Shown piece after piece: positions 14,401-28,900 of a stretch of 64,000 nucleotides of DNA; the stretch's first letter is position 1, and each line of letters starts with the position of its first letter. Under the pieces are notes generated by a model. The model was not told the origin of the DNA. It ran no database searches and was given only the letters and a program-made list of their open reading frames with translations. Position numbers and translations under genes: made by a program. The stretch comes from the human T2T-CHM13v2.0 reference genome, Homo sapiens: assembly GCF_009914755.1 (NCBI RefSeq), contig NC_060933.1; one strand, given 5' to 3'.

Positions 14401-15549
14401 CCGAGTGGAATAGGAGGGAATGTATTCGAGTGGAATGGAAAGGAATGGTATCAACCAGAGTGGAATGGAAGGGAATGGAATGGAATGGAAACTAATAGAA
14501 TGGAATCAGCCCGAGTGGAATGGAATGGAAAGGACTGGAATGGAATGGAATAGAATGGAATCAACTCGATTGTAATGGAATGGAATGGAATGGAATGGAA
14601 TGGAATGGAATGGAATGGAATTAACCCGAATACAATGGAATGGAATAGAATGGAACGGAATGGAGTGGAATGGAATGGAATCAACCCGAGTGCAGGGGAA
14701 TGGAATGGAATGGAATGCAATGGAATGGAATCATCCGGAATGGAATGGAATGGAATGGAATGCAAAGCAATGGAATCAACTCGATTGCAATGGAATGGAA
14801 TGGAATGGAAAGGAATACATTGGAATCAACCCGAGTGGAATGGAATGGAAAGGACTGGAATGGAGTGGAATGGAATGGAATGGAATGGAATCAACTCGAT
14901 TGGAATGGAATGGAATGGAATGGAATGGAATTAACCCGAATAGAATGGAATGGAATGGAATGGAACGGAACGGAATGGAATGGAATGGAATGGAATGGAA
15001 TGGAATGGAATGGAATCACCCCGAATGCAGGGGAATGGAATGGAATGGAATGGAATGGAATGGAATGGAATCAACCCGACTGCAGGGGAATGGAATGGAA
15101 TGGAATGCAATGGAATGGATTCAACTTGAATGGAATGGAAAGAATGGAATCAACACTAGTGGAATGGCATGGATTGGAATGGAATGGAATGGAATCAAAC
15201 CGAGTACAGGGGAATGGAATGGAATGGAATGCAATGGAATGGAATCATCTGTAATGGAATGGAAAGGAATGGAATGGAATGGAATAGAATGGAATGGAAT
15301 CAACTCGATTGCAATCGAATGGAATGGAATGGAATTAACCCGAATAGAATGGAATGGAATGGAATGGAACGGAAAGGAATGGAATGGAATGGAATGGAAC
15401 GGAACGGAACGGAATGGATGGAATGGAATGGAATGGAATGGAATGGAATCAACGCGAGTGCAGGGGAATGGAATGGAATGGAATGCAATGGAATGGAATC
15501 TTCCGGAATGGAATGGAATGGAATGGAATGGAATGGAATGGAATGGAAT
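8440..15549 (+). repeat. Higher-order unit family 1, copy 2 (7110 bp; lacks a 514-bp segment)
   Basis: Shares rare markers with copy 1 (GGAAAAAACCTGAG, GGAACTCAACTCG, GGTACTGAAT, GGAAGGTCATGG, GGAATTTAATGATAC). The offset to copy 1 falls from 7619 to 7105 near 9600-9720. Confidence 0.9.
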
Positions 15550-18500
15550 TAACCCGAATACAATGCAATGGAATGGAATGGAACGGAATGGAGTGGAATG
15601 GAATGGAATCAACCCGAGTGCAGGGGAATGGAATGGAATGGAATGCAATGGAATGGAATCATCCGGAATGGAATGGAATGGAATGGAATGCAAAGCAATG
15701 GAGTCAACTCGATTGCAATGGAATGGAATGGAGTGGAAAGGAATACATTGGAATCAACCCGAGTGTAATGGAATGGAAAGGACTGGAATGGAGTGGAATG
15801 GAATGGAATCAACTCGATTGTAATGGAATGGAATGGAATGGAATGGAATGGAATGGAATGGAATTAACCCGAATACAATGCAATGGAATGGAATGGAACG
15901 GAATGGAGTGGAATGGAATGGAATCAACCCGAGTGCAGGGGAATGGAATGGAATGGAATACAATGGAATGGAATCATCCGGAATGGAATGGAATGGAATG
16001 GAATGCAAAGCAATGGAGTTAACTCGATTGCAATGGAATGGAATGGAGTGGAAAGGAATACATTGGAATCAACCCGAGTGTAATGGAATGGAAAGGACTG
16101 GAATGGAGTGGAATGGAATGGAATGGAATGGAATGGAATCAACTCGATTGGAATGGAATGGAATGGAATGGAATGGAATGGAATGGATTGGAACGAAAAG
16201 GAATGGAATGGAATGGAATGGAATGGAATGGAATGGAATGGAATGGAATGGAATCAACGCGAGTGCAGGGGAATGGAATGGAATGGAATGCAATGGAATG
16301 GAATCTTCCGGAATGGAATGGAATGGAATGGAATGGAATGGAATGGAATCAACCCGAGTGCAATGGAATGGAGTGGAATGGAATGGAATGGAATGGAACA
16401 ACCCGAATGGAATGGAATGTAATGGAGAGTAAGGGAGTTGAATAGAATCAATCCGAATGTAATGGAATGGAATGGAACGGAATGGAATTGAATGGAATGG
16501 AATGGAATGCAATGGCATGGAATCAACCCGAGTTCAATGGAATGGAGAGGAATGGAATGGAATGGAATGGAAACTACACGAATGGAATGGAATGTAATGG
16601 AGTGTAAGGGAATTGAACAGAATCAATCCGAATGTAATGGAATGGAATGGAACGGAATGGAATGGAATGGAATGGAATAGAATGGAATGCAATGAAATGG
16701 AATCAACCCGAGTGCAATCGAATGGAATCGAATGGAATGGAATGCAATGGAATGGATTCAACTTGAATGGAATGGAAAGAATGGAATCAACACGAGTGGA
16801 ATGGCATGGATTGGAATGGAATGGAATGGAATCAACCCGAGTACAGGGGAATGGAATGGAATGGAATGCAATGGAATGGAATCATCCGTAATGGAATGGA
16901 AAGGAATGGAATGGAATGGAATGGAATGGAATGGAATGGAATGGAATCAACTCCATTGCAATCGAATGGAATGGAATGGAATTAACCCGAATAGAATGGA
17001 ATGGAATGGAATGGAACGGAACGGAATGGAGTGGAATGGAATGGAATGGAATGGAATGGAACAGAAAGGAAGGGAATGGAATGGAATAGAATGGAATGGA
17101 ATGGAATCAACGCGAGTGCAGGGGAATGGAATGGAATGGAATGGAATGGAACGGAACGGAATGGAATGGAATGGAATGGAATGGAATGGAATGGAATGGA
17201 ATGCAATGGAATGGAATCAACCCGAGTGCAATCGAATGGAATCGAATGGAATGGAATGCAATGGAATGGATTCAACTTGAATGGAATGGAAAGAATGGAA
17301 TCAACACGAGTGGAATGGCATGGATTGGAATGGAATGGAATGGAATCAACCCAAGTACAGGGGAAAGGAATGGAATGGAATGCAATGGAATGGAATCATC
17401 CGTAATGGAATGGAAAAGAATGGAATGGAATGGAATGGAATGGAATGGAATGGAATCAACTCGATTGCAATCGAATGGAATGGAATGGAATTACCCCGAA
17501 TAGAATGGAATGGAATGGAATGGAACGGAACGGAATGGAATGGAATGGAATGGAATGGAACGGAACGGAATGGAATGGAATGGAATGGAACGGAACGGAA
17601 TGGATTGGAATGGAATGGAATGGAATGGAATGATACGGAATAGAATGGAATGGAACGAAATGGAATGGAATGGAATGGAATGGAATGGAATGGAATGGAA
17701 TGGAATCGTTCTGAGTGGAATAGGAGGGAATGTATTCGAGTGGAATGGAAAGGAATGGAAAAAACCTGAGTGGAATGGAAGGGAATGGAATGGAATGGAA
17801 ACTAATAGAATGGAATCAACCCGAGTGGAATGGAATGGAAAGGACTGGAATGGAATGGAATGGAATGGAATGGAATGGAATCAAATCGATTGTAATGGAA
17901 TGGAATGGAATGGAATGGAATGGAATGGAATGGAATGGAATTAACCCAAATACAATGGAATGGAATGGAATGGAACGGAATGGAGTGGAATGGAATGGAA
18001 TCAACCCGAGTGCAGGGGAATGGAATGGAATGGAATGCAATGGAATGGAATCATCCGGAATGGAATGGAATGGAATGGAATGCAAAGCAATGGAATCAAC
18101 TCGATTGCAATGGAATGGAATGGAATGGAAAGGAATACATTGGAATCAACACGAGTGGAATGGAATGGAAAGGACTGGAATGGAGTGGAATGGAATGGAA
18201 TGGAATGGAATGGAAACAACTCGATTGGAATGGAATGGAATGGAATGGAATGGAATGGAATGGAATGGAATTAATCCGAATAGAATGGAATGGAATGGAA
18301 TGGAACGGAACGGAATGGAATGGAATGGAATGGAATGGAATGGAATGGAAACAACCCGACTGCAGGGGAATGGAATGGAATGGAATGCAATGGAATGGAT
18401 TCAACTTGAATGGAATGGAAAGAATGGAATCAACACGAGTGGAATGGCATGGATTGGAATGGAATGGAATGGAATCAACACGAGTACAGGGGAATGGAAT

Positions 18501-21500
18501 GGAATGGAATGCAATGGAATGGAATCATCCGTAATGGAATGGAAAGCAATGGAATGGAATGGAATGGAATGGAATGGAATGGAATGGAACTCAACTCGAT
18601 TGCAATCGAATGGAATGGAATGGAATTAACCAGAATAGAATGGAGTGGAATGGAATGGAATGGAACGGAACGGCATGGAATGGAATGGAATGGAATGGAA
18701 TGGAACGGAACAGAACGGAATGGATGGAATGGAATGGAATGGAATGGAATGGAATCAACGCGAGTGCAGGGGAATGGAATGGAGTGGAATGCAATGGAAT
18801 GGAATCTTCCGGAATGTAATGGAATGGAATGGAATGGAATGAACTGCAATGGATTCAACTCGATTGCAATGGAATGGAATAGAATGGAATGGAATGGAAT
18901 GGAATGGAATTAACCCGAATAGAATGGAATGGAATGGAATGGAACGGAATGGAACGGAATGGAATGGAATGGAATGGAATGGAATGGTATCGAATGGAAT
19001 GGAATGGTACTGAATAGAATGGAATGGAACGAATTGTAATGGAATGGAACTGAATGGAATGGAATGGAATGGAATGGAATCAACGCGAGTGCAGGGGAAT
19101 GTAATGGAACGGAATGCAATGGAATGGAATCATCCGGAATGGAATGGAATGGAATGGAATGGAATGGAATCAACCCGAGTGCAATGGAATGGAGTGGAAT
19201 GGAATGGAATAGAATGGAACAACCCGAATGGAATGGAATGTAATGGAGAGTAAGGGAGTTGAATAGAATCAATCCGAATGTAATGGAATGGAATGCAACG
19301 GAATGGAATGGAATGGAATGGAATGGAATGGAATGGAATGCAAAGGAATGGAATCAACCCGAGTGGAATGGCATGGAATGGAATGCAATGGAATGGAATG
19401 GAATGGAATCAACTCGAGTGGAAAGGAATGGAATGGAATGGAATGGAATGGAATGGAATGCAATGCCATGGAATCAACCCGAGTGCAATCGAATGGAATC
19501 GAATGGAATGGAATGCAATGGAATGGATTCAACTTGAATGGAATGGAAAGAATGGAATCAACACGAGTGGAATGGCATGGATTGGAATGGAATGGAATGG
19601 AATCAACCCGAGTACAGGGGAATGGAATGGAATGGAATGCAATGGAATGGAATCATCCGTAATGGAATGGAAAGGAATGGAATGGAATGGAATGGAATGG
19701 AATGGAATGGAATGGAATGGAATCAACTCGATTGCAATCGAATGGAATGGAATGGAATTAACCCGAAAAGAATGGAATGGAATGGAATGGAATGCAACGG
19801 AACGGAATGGAATGGAATGGAACGGAACGGAACGGAATGGAATGGAATGGAATGGAATCAACGCGAGTGTAGGGGAATGGAATGGAATGCAATGGAATGG
19901 AATCTTCCGGAATGGAATGGAATGGAATGGAATGGAATGAAATGCAATGGATTCAACTCGATTGCAATGGAATGGAATAGAATGGAATGGAATGGAATGG
20001 AATGGAATGGAATTAACCCGCATAGAATGGAATGGAATGGAATGGAATGGAATGGAATTAATTCGAATAGAATGGAATGGAATGGAATGGAACGGAATGG
20101 AACAGAATGGAATGGTACGGAATAGAATGGAATGGAACGAATTGTAATGGAATGGAATTGAATGGAATGGAATGGAATGGAATGTAATCAACACGAGTGC
20201 AGGGGAATGTAATGGAACGGAATGCAATGGAATGGAATCATCCGGAATGGAATGGAATGGAATGGAATGGAATGGAATCAACCCCAGTGCAATGGAATGG
20301 AGTGGAATGGAATGGAATGGAATGGAACAACCCGAATGGAATGGAATGTAATGGAGAGTAAGGGAGTTGAATAGAATCAATCGGAATGTAATGGAATGGA
20401 ATGCAACGGAATGGAATGGAATGGAATGGAATGGAATGGAATGCAATGGAATTGAATCAACCCGAGTGCAATAGAATGGAATCGAAAGGAATGGAATGCA
20501 ATGGAATGGATTCAACTTGAATGGAATGGAAAGAATGGAATCAACACGAGTGGAATGGCATGGATTGGAATGGAATGGAATGGAATCAACCCGAGTACAG
20601 GGGAATTGAATGGAATGGAATGCAATGGAATGGAATCATCCGTAATGGAATGGAAAAGAATGGAATGGAATGGAATGGAATGGAATGGAATGGAATGGAA
20701 TCAACTCGATTGCAATCGAATGGAATGGAATGGAATTAACCCTAATAGAATGGAATGGAATGGAATGGAATGGAACGGAACGGAATGGAATGGAATGGAA
20801 TGGAATGCAACGGAACGGAATGGAATGGAATGGAATGGAATGGAATGGAATCAACGCGAGTGCAGGGGAATGGAATGGAATGGAATGCAATGGAATGGAA
20901 TCTTCCGGAATGGAATGGAATGGAATGAAATGCAATGGATTCAACTCGATTGCAATGGAATGGAATAGAATGGAATGGAATGGAATGGAATTAATCCGAA
21001 TAGAATGGAATGGAATGGAATGGAACGGAATGGAACGGAATGGAATGGAATGGAATGGAATGGAATGGAATGGAATGGTATGGAATAGAATGGAATGGAA
21101 CGAATTGTAATGGAATGGAATTGAATGGAATGGAATGGAATGGATTGGAATCAACGCGAGTGCAGGGGAATGTAATGGAACGGAATGCAATGGAATGTAA
21201 TCATCCGGAATGGAATGGAATGGAATGGAAAGGAATGGAATGGAATCAACCCGAGTGCAGGGGAATGGAATGGAATGGAATGCAATGGAATGGAATATTC
21301 CGGAATGGAATGGAATGGAATGGAATGGAATGGAATGGAACGGAATGGAATGGAATGGAATGGAATGGAATGCAATGGAATGGAATCAACCCGAGTGCAA
21401 TCGAATGGAATCGAAAGGAATGGAATGCAATGGAATGGATTCAACTTGAATGGAATGGAAAGAATGGAATCAACACGAGTGGAAGGTCATGGATTGGAAT

Positions 21501-21670
21501 GGAATGGAATGGAATCAACCCGAGTACAGGGGAATGGAATGGAATGGAATGCAATGGAATGGAATCATCCGTAATGGAATGGAAAGGAATGGAATGGAAT
21601 GGAATGGAATGGAATGGAATGGAATGGAATCAACTCGATTGCAATCCAATGGAATGGAATGGAATTAACC
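15550..21670 (+). repeat. Higher-order unit family 1, copy 3 (partial, ~6.1 kb)
   Basis: Same marker order as copy 1 (ORF 1998->16732 and 2547->17281, offset 14734). It departs from copy 1 after ~21.65 kb; the end coordinate is approximate. Confidence 0.85.
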
Positions 21671-21765
21671 CGAATGGAATGGAATGGAATGGAATGGAAC
21701 GGAACGGAATGGAATGGAACGGAATGGAATGGAATGGAATGGAATGGAATGGAATGGAATGGAAT

Positions 21766-24700
21766 GGTATGGAATGGAATGGAATGGTACGGAATAGAAT
21801 GGAATGGAACGAATTGTAATGGAATGGAATTGAATGGAATGGAATGGAATCAACGCGAGTGCAGGGGAAAGTAATGGAACGGAATGCAATGGAATGGAAT
21901 CATCCGGAATGGAATGGAATGGAATGGAATGGAATCAACCCTAGTGCAATGGAATGGAGTGGAATGGAATGGAATGGAATGGAACAACCCGAATGGAATT
22001 GAATGTAATGGAGAGTAAGGGAGTTGAATAGAATCAATCCGAATGTAATGGAATGGAATGCAACGGAATGGAATGGAATGTAATGGAATGGAATGCAATG
22101 GAATGGAATCAACCCGAGTACAATGGAATGGAATGGAATGGAATGGAATGGAATGGAATGGAATGGAATGGAATGCCTTCAAACCGAATGGAATGGAAAG
22201 GAATGGAATCAACACGAGTGGAATGGAATGGAATGGAATGGAACGGAATGGAATGGAATGATACGGAATAGAATGGAATGGAACGAAGTGGAATGGAATG
22301 GAATGGAATGGAATGGAATGGAATGGAATGGAATGGAATGGAATCGTTCCGAGTGGAATAGGAGGGAATGTACTCGAGTGGAATGGAAAGGAATGGAATC
22401 AACCAGAGTGGAATGGAATGGAAAGACTGGAAAGGAATGGAATGGAATGGAATGGAATGGAATCAACTCGATTGTAATGGAATGGAATGGAATGGAATGG
22501 AATGGAATGGAATTAACCCGAATACAATGGAATGGAATGGAATGGAACGGAATGGAGTGGAATGGAATGGAATCAACCCGAGTGCAGGGGAATGGAATGG
22601 AATAGAATGCAATGGAATGGAATCATCCGGAATGGAATGGAATGGAATGGAATGCAAAGCAATGGAATCAACTCGATTGCAATGGAATGGAATGCAATGC
22701 AAAGGAATACATTGGAATCAACCCGAGTGGAATGGAATGGAAAGGACTGGAATGGAGTGGAATGGAATGGAATGGAATGGAATGGAATCAACTCGATTGG
22801 AATGGAATGGAATGGAATGGAATGGAATGGAATGGAATTAACCCGAATAGAATGGAATGGAATGGAATGGAACGGAACGGAACGGAATGGAATGGAATGG
22901 AATGGAATGGAATGGAATCAACCCGACTGCAGGGGAATGGAATGGAAGGGAATGCAATGGAATGGATTCAACTTGAATGGAATGGAAAGAATGGAATCAA
23001 CACGAGTGGAATGGCATGGATTGGAATGGAATGGAATGGAATCAACCCGAGTACAGGGGAATGGAATGGAATGGAATGCAATGGAATGGAATCATCCGTA
23101 ATGGAATGGAAAGGAATGGAATGGAATGGAATGGAATGGAATCAACTCGATTGCAATCGAATGGAATGGATTGGAATTAACCCGAATAGAATGGAATGGA
23201 ATGAAATGGAACGGAACGGAACGGAACGGAACGGAATGGAATGGAATGGAATGGAATGGAATGGAATGGAATGGAACGGAACGGAATGGAATGGAATGGA
23301 ATGGAATGGAATGGAATGGAATGGAATGATACGGAATAGAATGGAATGGAACGAAATGGAATGGAATGGAATGGAATGGAATGGAATGGAATGGAATGGA
23401 ATGGAATGGAATCGTTCCGAGTGGAATAGGAGGGAATATATTCGAGTGGAATGGAAAGGAATGGTATCAACCAGAGTGGAATGGAAGGGAATGGAATGGA
23501 ATGGAAACTAATAGAATGGAATCAGCCCGAGTGGAATGGAATGGAAAGGACTGGAATGGAATGGAATAGAATGGAATCAACTCGATTGTAATGGAATGGA
23601 ATGGAATGGAATGGAATGGAATGGAATGGAATGGAATTAACCCGAATACAATGGAATGGAATAGAATGGAACGGAATGGAGTGGAATGGAATGGAATCAA
23701 CCCGAGTGCAGGGGAATGGAATGGAATGGAATGCAATGGAATGGAATCATCCGGAATGGAATGGAATGGAATGGAATGCAAAGCAATGGAATCAACTCGA
23801 TTGCAATGGAATGGAATGGAATGGAAAGGAATACATTGGAATCAACCCGAGTGGAATGGAATGGAAAGGACTGGAATGGAGTGGAATGGAATGGAATGGA
23901 ATGGAATCAACTCGATTGGAATGGAATGGAATGGAATGGAATGGAATTAACCCGAATAGAATGGAATGGAATGGATTGGAACGGAACGGAATGGAATGGA
24001 ATGGAATGGAATGGAATGGAATGGAATCACCCCGAATGCAGGGGAATGGAATGGAATGGAATGGAATGGAATGGAATGGAATCAACCCGACTGCAGGGGA
24101 ATGGAATGGAATGGAATGCAATGGAATGGATTCAACTTGAATGGAATGGAAAGAATGGAATCAACACTAGTGGAATGGCATGGATTGGAATGGAATGGAA
24201 TGGAATCAAACCGAGTACAGGGGAATGGAATGGAATGGAATGCAATGGAATGGAATCATCTGTAATGGAATGGAAAGGAATGGAATGGAATGGAATAGAA
24301 TGGAATGGAATCAACTCGATTGCAATCGAATGGAATGGAATGGAATTAACCCGAATAGAATGGAATGGAATGGAATGGAACGGAAAGGAATGGAATGGAA
24401 TGGAATGGAACGGAACGGAACGGAATGGATGGAATGGAATGGAATGGAATGGAATGGAATCAACGCGAGTGCAGGGGAATGGAATGGAATGGAATGCAAT
24501 GGAATGGAATCTTCCGGAATGGAATGGAATGGAATGGAATGGAATGAAATGCAATTGATTCAACTCGATTGCAATGGAATGGAATAGAATGGAATGGAAT
24601 GGAATGGAATGGAATGGAATGGAATGGAATGGAATGGAATTAACCCGAATAGAATGGAATGCAATGGAATGCAACGGAATGGAACGGAATGGAATGGAAT

Positions 24701-25983
24701 GGAATGGAATGGAATGGTATGGAATGGAATGGAATGGTACGGAATAGAATGGAATGGAACGAATTGTAATGGAATGGAATTGAAGGGAATGGAATGGAAT
24801 GGAATGGAATCAACGCGAGTGCAGGGGAATGTAATGGAACGGAATGCAATGGAATGGAATCATCCGGAATGGAATGGAATGGAATGGAATGGAATGGAAT
24901 GGAATGGAATGGAATGCAATGGAATGGAATCAACCCGAGTACAATGTAACGGAATGGATTGGAATGTAACGTAATGTAATGTAATGGAATGGAATGGAAT
25001 GGAATGGAATCAACCCGAGTGCAATGGAATGGAGTGGAATGGAATGGAATGGAATGGAATGGAACAACCCGAATGGAATGCAATGTAATGGAGAGTAAGG
25101 GAGTTGAATAGAATCAATCCGAATGTAATGGAATGGAATGGAACGGAATGGAATGGAATGGAATGGAATGGAATGCAATGGAATCGAATCAACCCGAGTG
25201 CCATGGAATGGAGAGGAATGGAATGGAATGGAATGGAAACTACCCGAATGGAATGGAATGTAATGGAGTGTAAGGGAATTGAATAGAATCAATCCGAATG
25301 TAATGGAATGGAATGGAACGGAATGGAATGGAATGGAATGGAATGGAATGGAATGGAATCAACCCGAGTGCAATCGAATGGAATCGAATGGAATGGAATG
25401 CAATGGAATGGATTCAACTTGAATGGAATGGAAAGAATGAAATCAACACGAGTGGAATGGCATGGATTGGAATGGAATGGAATGGAATCAACCCGAGTAC
25501 AGGGGAATGGAATGGAATGGAATGCAATGGAATGGAATCATCCGTAATGGAATGGAAAGGAATGGAACGGAAAGGAATCAACTCGATTGCTATCGAATGG
25601 AATGGAATGGAATTAACCCGAATGGAATGGAATGGAATGGAATGGAACGGAACGGAATGGAATGGAATGGAATGGAATGGAATGGAACGGAACGGAATGG
25701 AATGGAATGGAATGGAATGGAATGGAATGGAATGGAATCAATGCGAGTGCAGGGGAATGGAATGGAATGGAATGCAATGGAATGGAATCTTCCGGAATGG
25801 AATGGAATGGAATGGAATGGAATGAAATGCAATGGATTCAACTCGATTGCAATGGAATGGAATAGAATGGAATGGAATGGAATGGAATGGAATTAACCCG
25901 AATAGAATGGAATGGAATGCACTGGAACGGAATGGAACGGAATGGAATGGAATGGAATGGAATGGAATGGAATGGAATGGAAT
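21766..25983 (+). repeat. Higher-order unit family 2, copy A (~4.22 kb)
   Basis: Rare markers GCAGGGGAAAGTAAT, CAACCCTAGTGCAAT, TGTACTCGAG, GTAACGTAATGTAATGTAAT and TTGCTATCG recur 4218-4233 bp downstream (ORFs 22368->26591, 24132->28365). Confidence 0.88.
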
Positions 25984-28900
25984 GGTATGGAATGGAATGG
26001 AATGGTACGGAATAGAATGGAATGGAACGAATTGTAATGGAATGGAATTGAATGGAATGGAATGGAATCAACGCGAGTGCAGGGGAAAGTAATGGAACGG
26101 AATGCAATGGAATGGAATCATCCGGAATGGAATGGAATGGAATGGAATGGAATCAACCCTAGTGCAATGGAATGGAGTGGAATGGAATGGAATGGAATGG
26201 AACAACCCGAATGGAATTGAATGTAATGGAGAGTAAGGGAGTTGAATAGAATCAATCCGAATGTAATGGAATGGAATGCAACGGAATGGAATGGAATGTA
26301 ATGGAATGGAATGCAATGGAATGGAATCAACCCGAGTACAATGGAATGGAATGGAATGGAATGGAATGGAATGGAATGGAATGGAATGGAATGGAATGCC
26401 TTCAAACCGAATGGAATGGAAAGGAATGGAATCAACACGAGTGGAATGGAATGGAATGGAATGGAACGGAATGGAATGGAATGATACGGAATAGAATGGA
26501 ATGGAACGAGGTGGAATGGAATGGAATGGAATGGAATGGAATGGAATGGAATGGAATGGAATGGAATCGTTCCGAGTGGAATAGGAGGGAATGTACTCGA
26601 GTGGAATGGAAAGGAATGGAATCAACCAGAGTGGAATGGAATGGAAAGACTGGAAAGGAATGGAATGGAATGGAATGGAATGGAATCAACTCGATTGTAA
26701 TGGAATGGAATGGAATGGAATGGAATGGAATGGAATTAACCCGAATACAATGGAATGGAATGGAATGGAACGGAATGGAGTGGAATGGAATGGAATCAAC
26801 CCGAGTGCAGGGGAATGGAATGGAATAGAATGCAATGGAATGGAATCATCCGGAATGGAATGGAATGGAATGGAATGCAAAGCAATGGAATCAACTCGAT
26901 TGCAATGCAATGGAATGCAATGCAAAGGAATACATTGGAATCAACCCGAGTGGAATGGAATGGAAAGGACTGGAATGGAGTGGAATGGAATGGAATGGAA
27001 TGGAATGGAATCAACTCGATTGGAATGGAATGGAATGGAATGGAATGGAATGGAATGGAATTAACCCGAATAGAATGGAATGGAATGGAATGGAACGGAA
27101 CGGAACGGAATGGAATGGAATGGAATGGAATGGAATGGAATCAACCCGACTGCAGGGGAATGGAATGGAAGGGAATGCAATGGAATGGATTCAACTTGAA
27201 TGGAATGGAAAGAATGGAATCAACACGAGTGGAATGGCATGGATTGGAATGGAATGGAATGGAATCAACCCGAGTACAGGGGAATGGAATGGAATGGAAT
27301 GCAATGGAATGGAATCATCCGTAATGGAATGGAAAGGAATGGAATGGAATGGAATGGAATGGAATCAACTCGATTGCAATCGAATGGAATGGATTGGAAT
27401 TAACCCGAATAGAATGGAATGGAATGAAATGGAACGGAACGGAACGGAACGGAACGGAATGGAATGGAATGGAATGGAATGGAATGGAATGGAATGGAAC
27501 GGAACGGAATGGAATGGAATGGAATGGAATGGAATGGAATGGAATGGAATGGAATGATACGGAATAGAATGGAATGGAACGAAATGGAATGGATTGGAAT
27601 GGAATGGAATGGAATGGAATGGAATGGAATGGAATGGAATCGTTCCGAGTGGAATAGGAGGGAATGTATTCGAGTGGAATGGAAAGGAATGGTATCAACC
27701 AGAGTGGAATGGAAGGGAATGGAATGGAATGGAAACTAATAGAATGGAATCAGCCCGAGTGGAATGGAATGGAAAGGACTGGAATGGAATGGAATAGAAT
27801 GGAATCAACTCGATTGTAATGGAATGGAATGGAATGGAATGGAATGGAATGGAATGGAATGGAATTAACCCGAATACAATGGAATGGAATAGAATGGAAC
27901 GGAATGGAGTGGAATGGAATGGAATCAACCCGAGTGCAGGGGAATGGAATGGAATGGAATGCAATGGAATGGAATCATCCGGAATGGAATGGAATGGAAT
28001 GGAATGCAAAGCAATGGAATCAACTCGATTGCAATGGAATGGAATGGAATGGAAAGGAATACATTGGAATCAACCCGAGTGGAATGGAATGGAAAGGACT
28101 GGAATGGAGTGGAATGGAATGGAATGGAATGGAATCAACTCGATTGGAATGGAATGGAATGGAATGGAATGGAATTAACCCGAATAGAATGGAATGGAAT
28201 GGATTGGAACGGAACGGAATGGAATGGAATGGAATGGAATGGAATGGAATGGAATGGAATCACCCCGAATGCAGGGGAATGGAATGGAATGGAATGGAAT
28301 GGAATGGAATGGAATCAACCCGACTGCAGGGGAATGGAATGGAATGGAATGCAATGGAATGGATTCAACTTGAATGGAATGGAAAGAATGGAATCAACAC
28401 TAGTGGAATGGCATGGATTGGAATGGAATGGAATGGAATCAAACCGAGTACAGGGGAATGGAATGGAATGGAATGCAATGGAATGGAATCATCTGTAATG
28501 GAATGGAAAGGAATGGAATGGAATGGAATAGAATGGAATGGAATCAACTCGATTGCAATCGAATGGAATGGAATGGAATTAACCCGAATAGAATGGAATG
28601 GAATGGAATGGAACGGAAAGGAATGGAATGGAATGGAATGGAACGGAACGGAACGGAATGGATGGAATGGAATGGAATGGAATGGAATGGAATCAACGCG
28701 AGTGCAGGGGAATGGAATGGAATGGAATGCAATGGAATGGAATCTTCCGGAATGGAATGGAATGGAATGGAATGGAATGAAATGCAATTGATTCAACTCG
28801 ATTGCAATGGAATGGAATAGAATGGAATGGAATGGAATGGAATGGAATGGAATGGAATGGAATGGAATGGAATTAACCCGAATAGAATGGAATGCAATGG

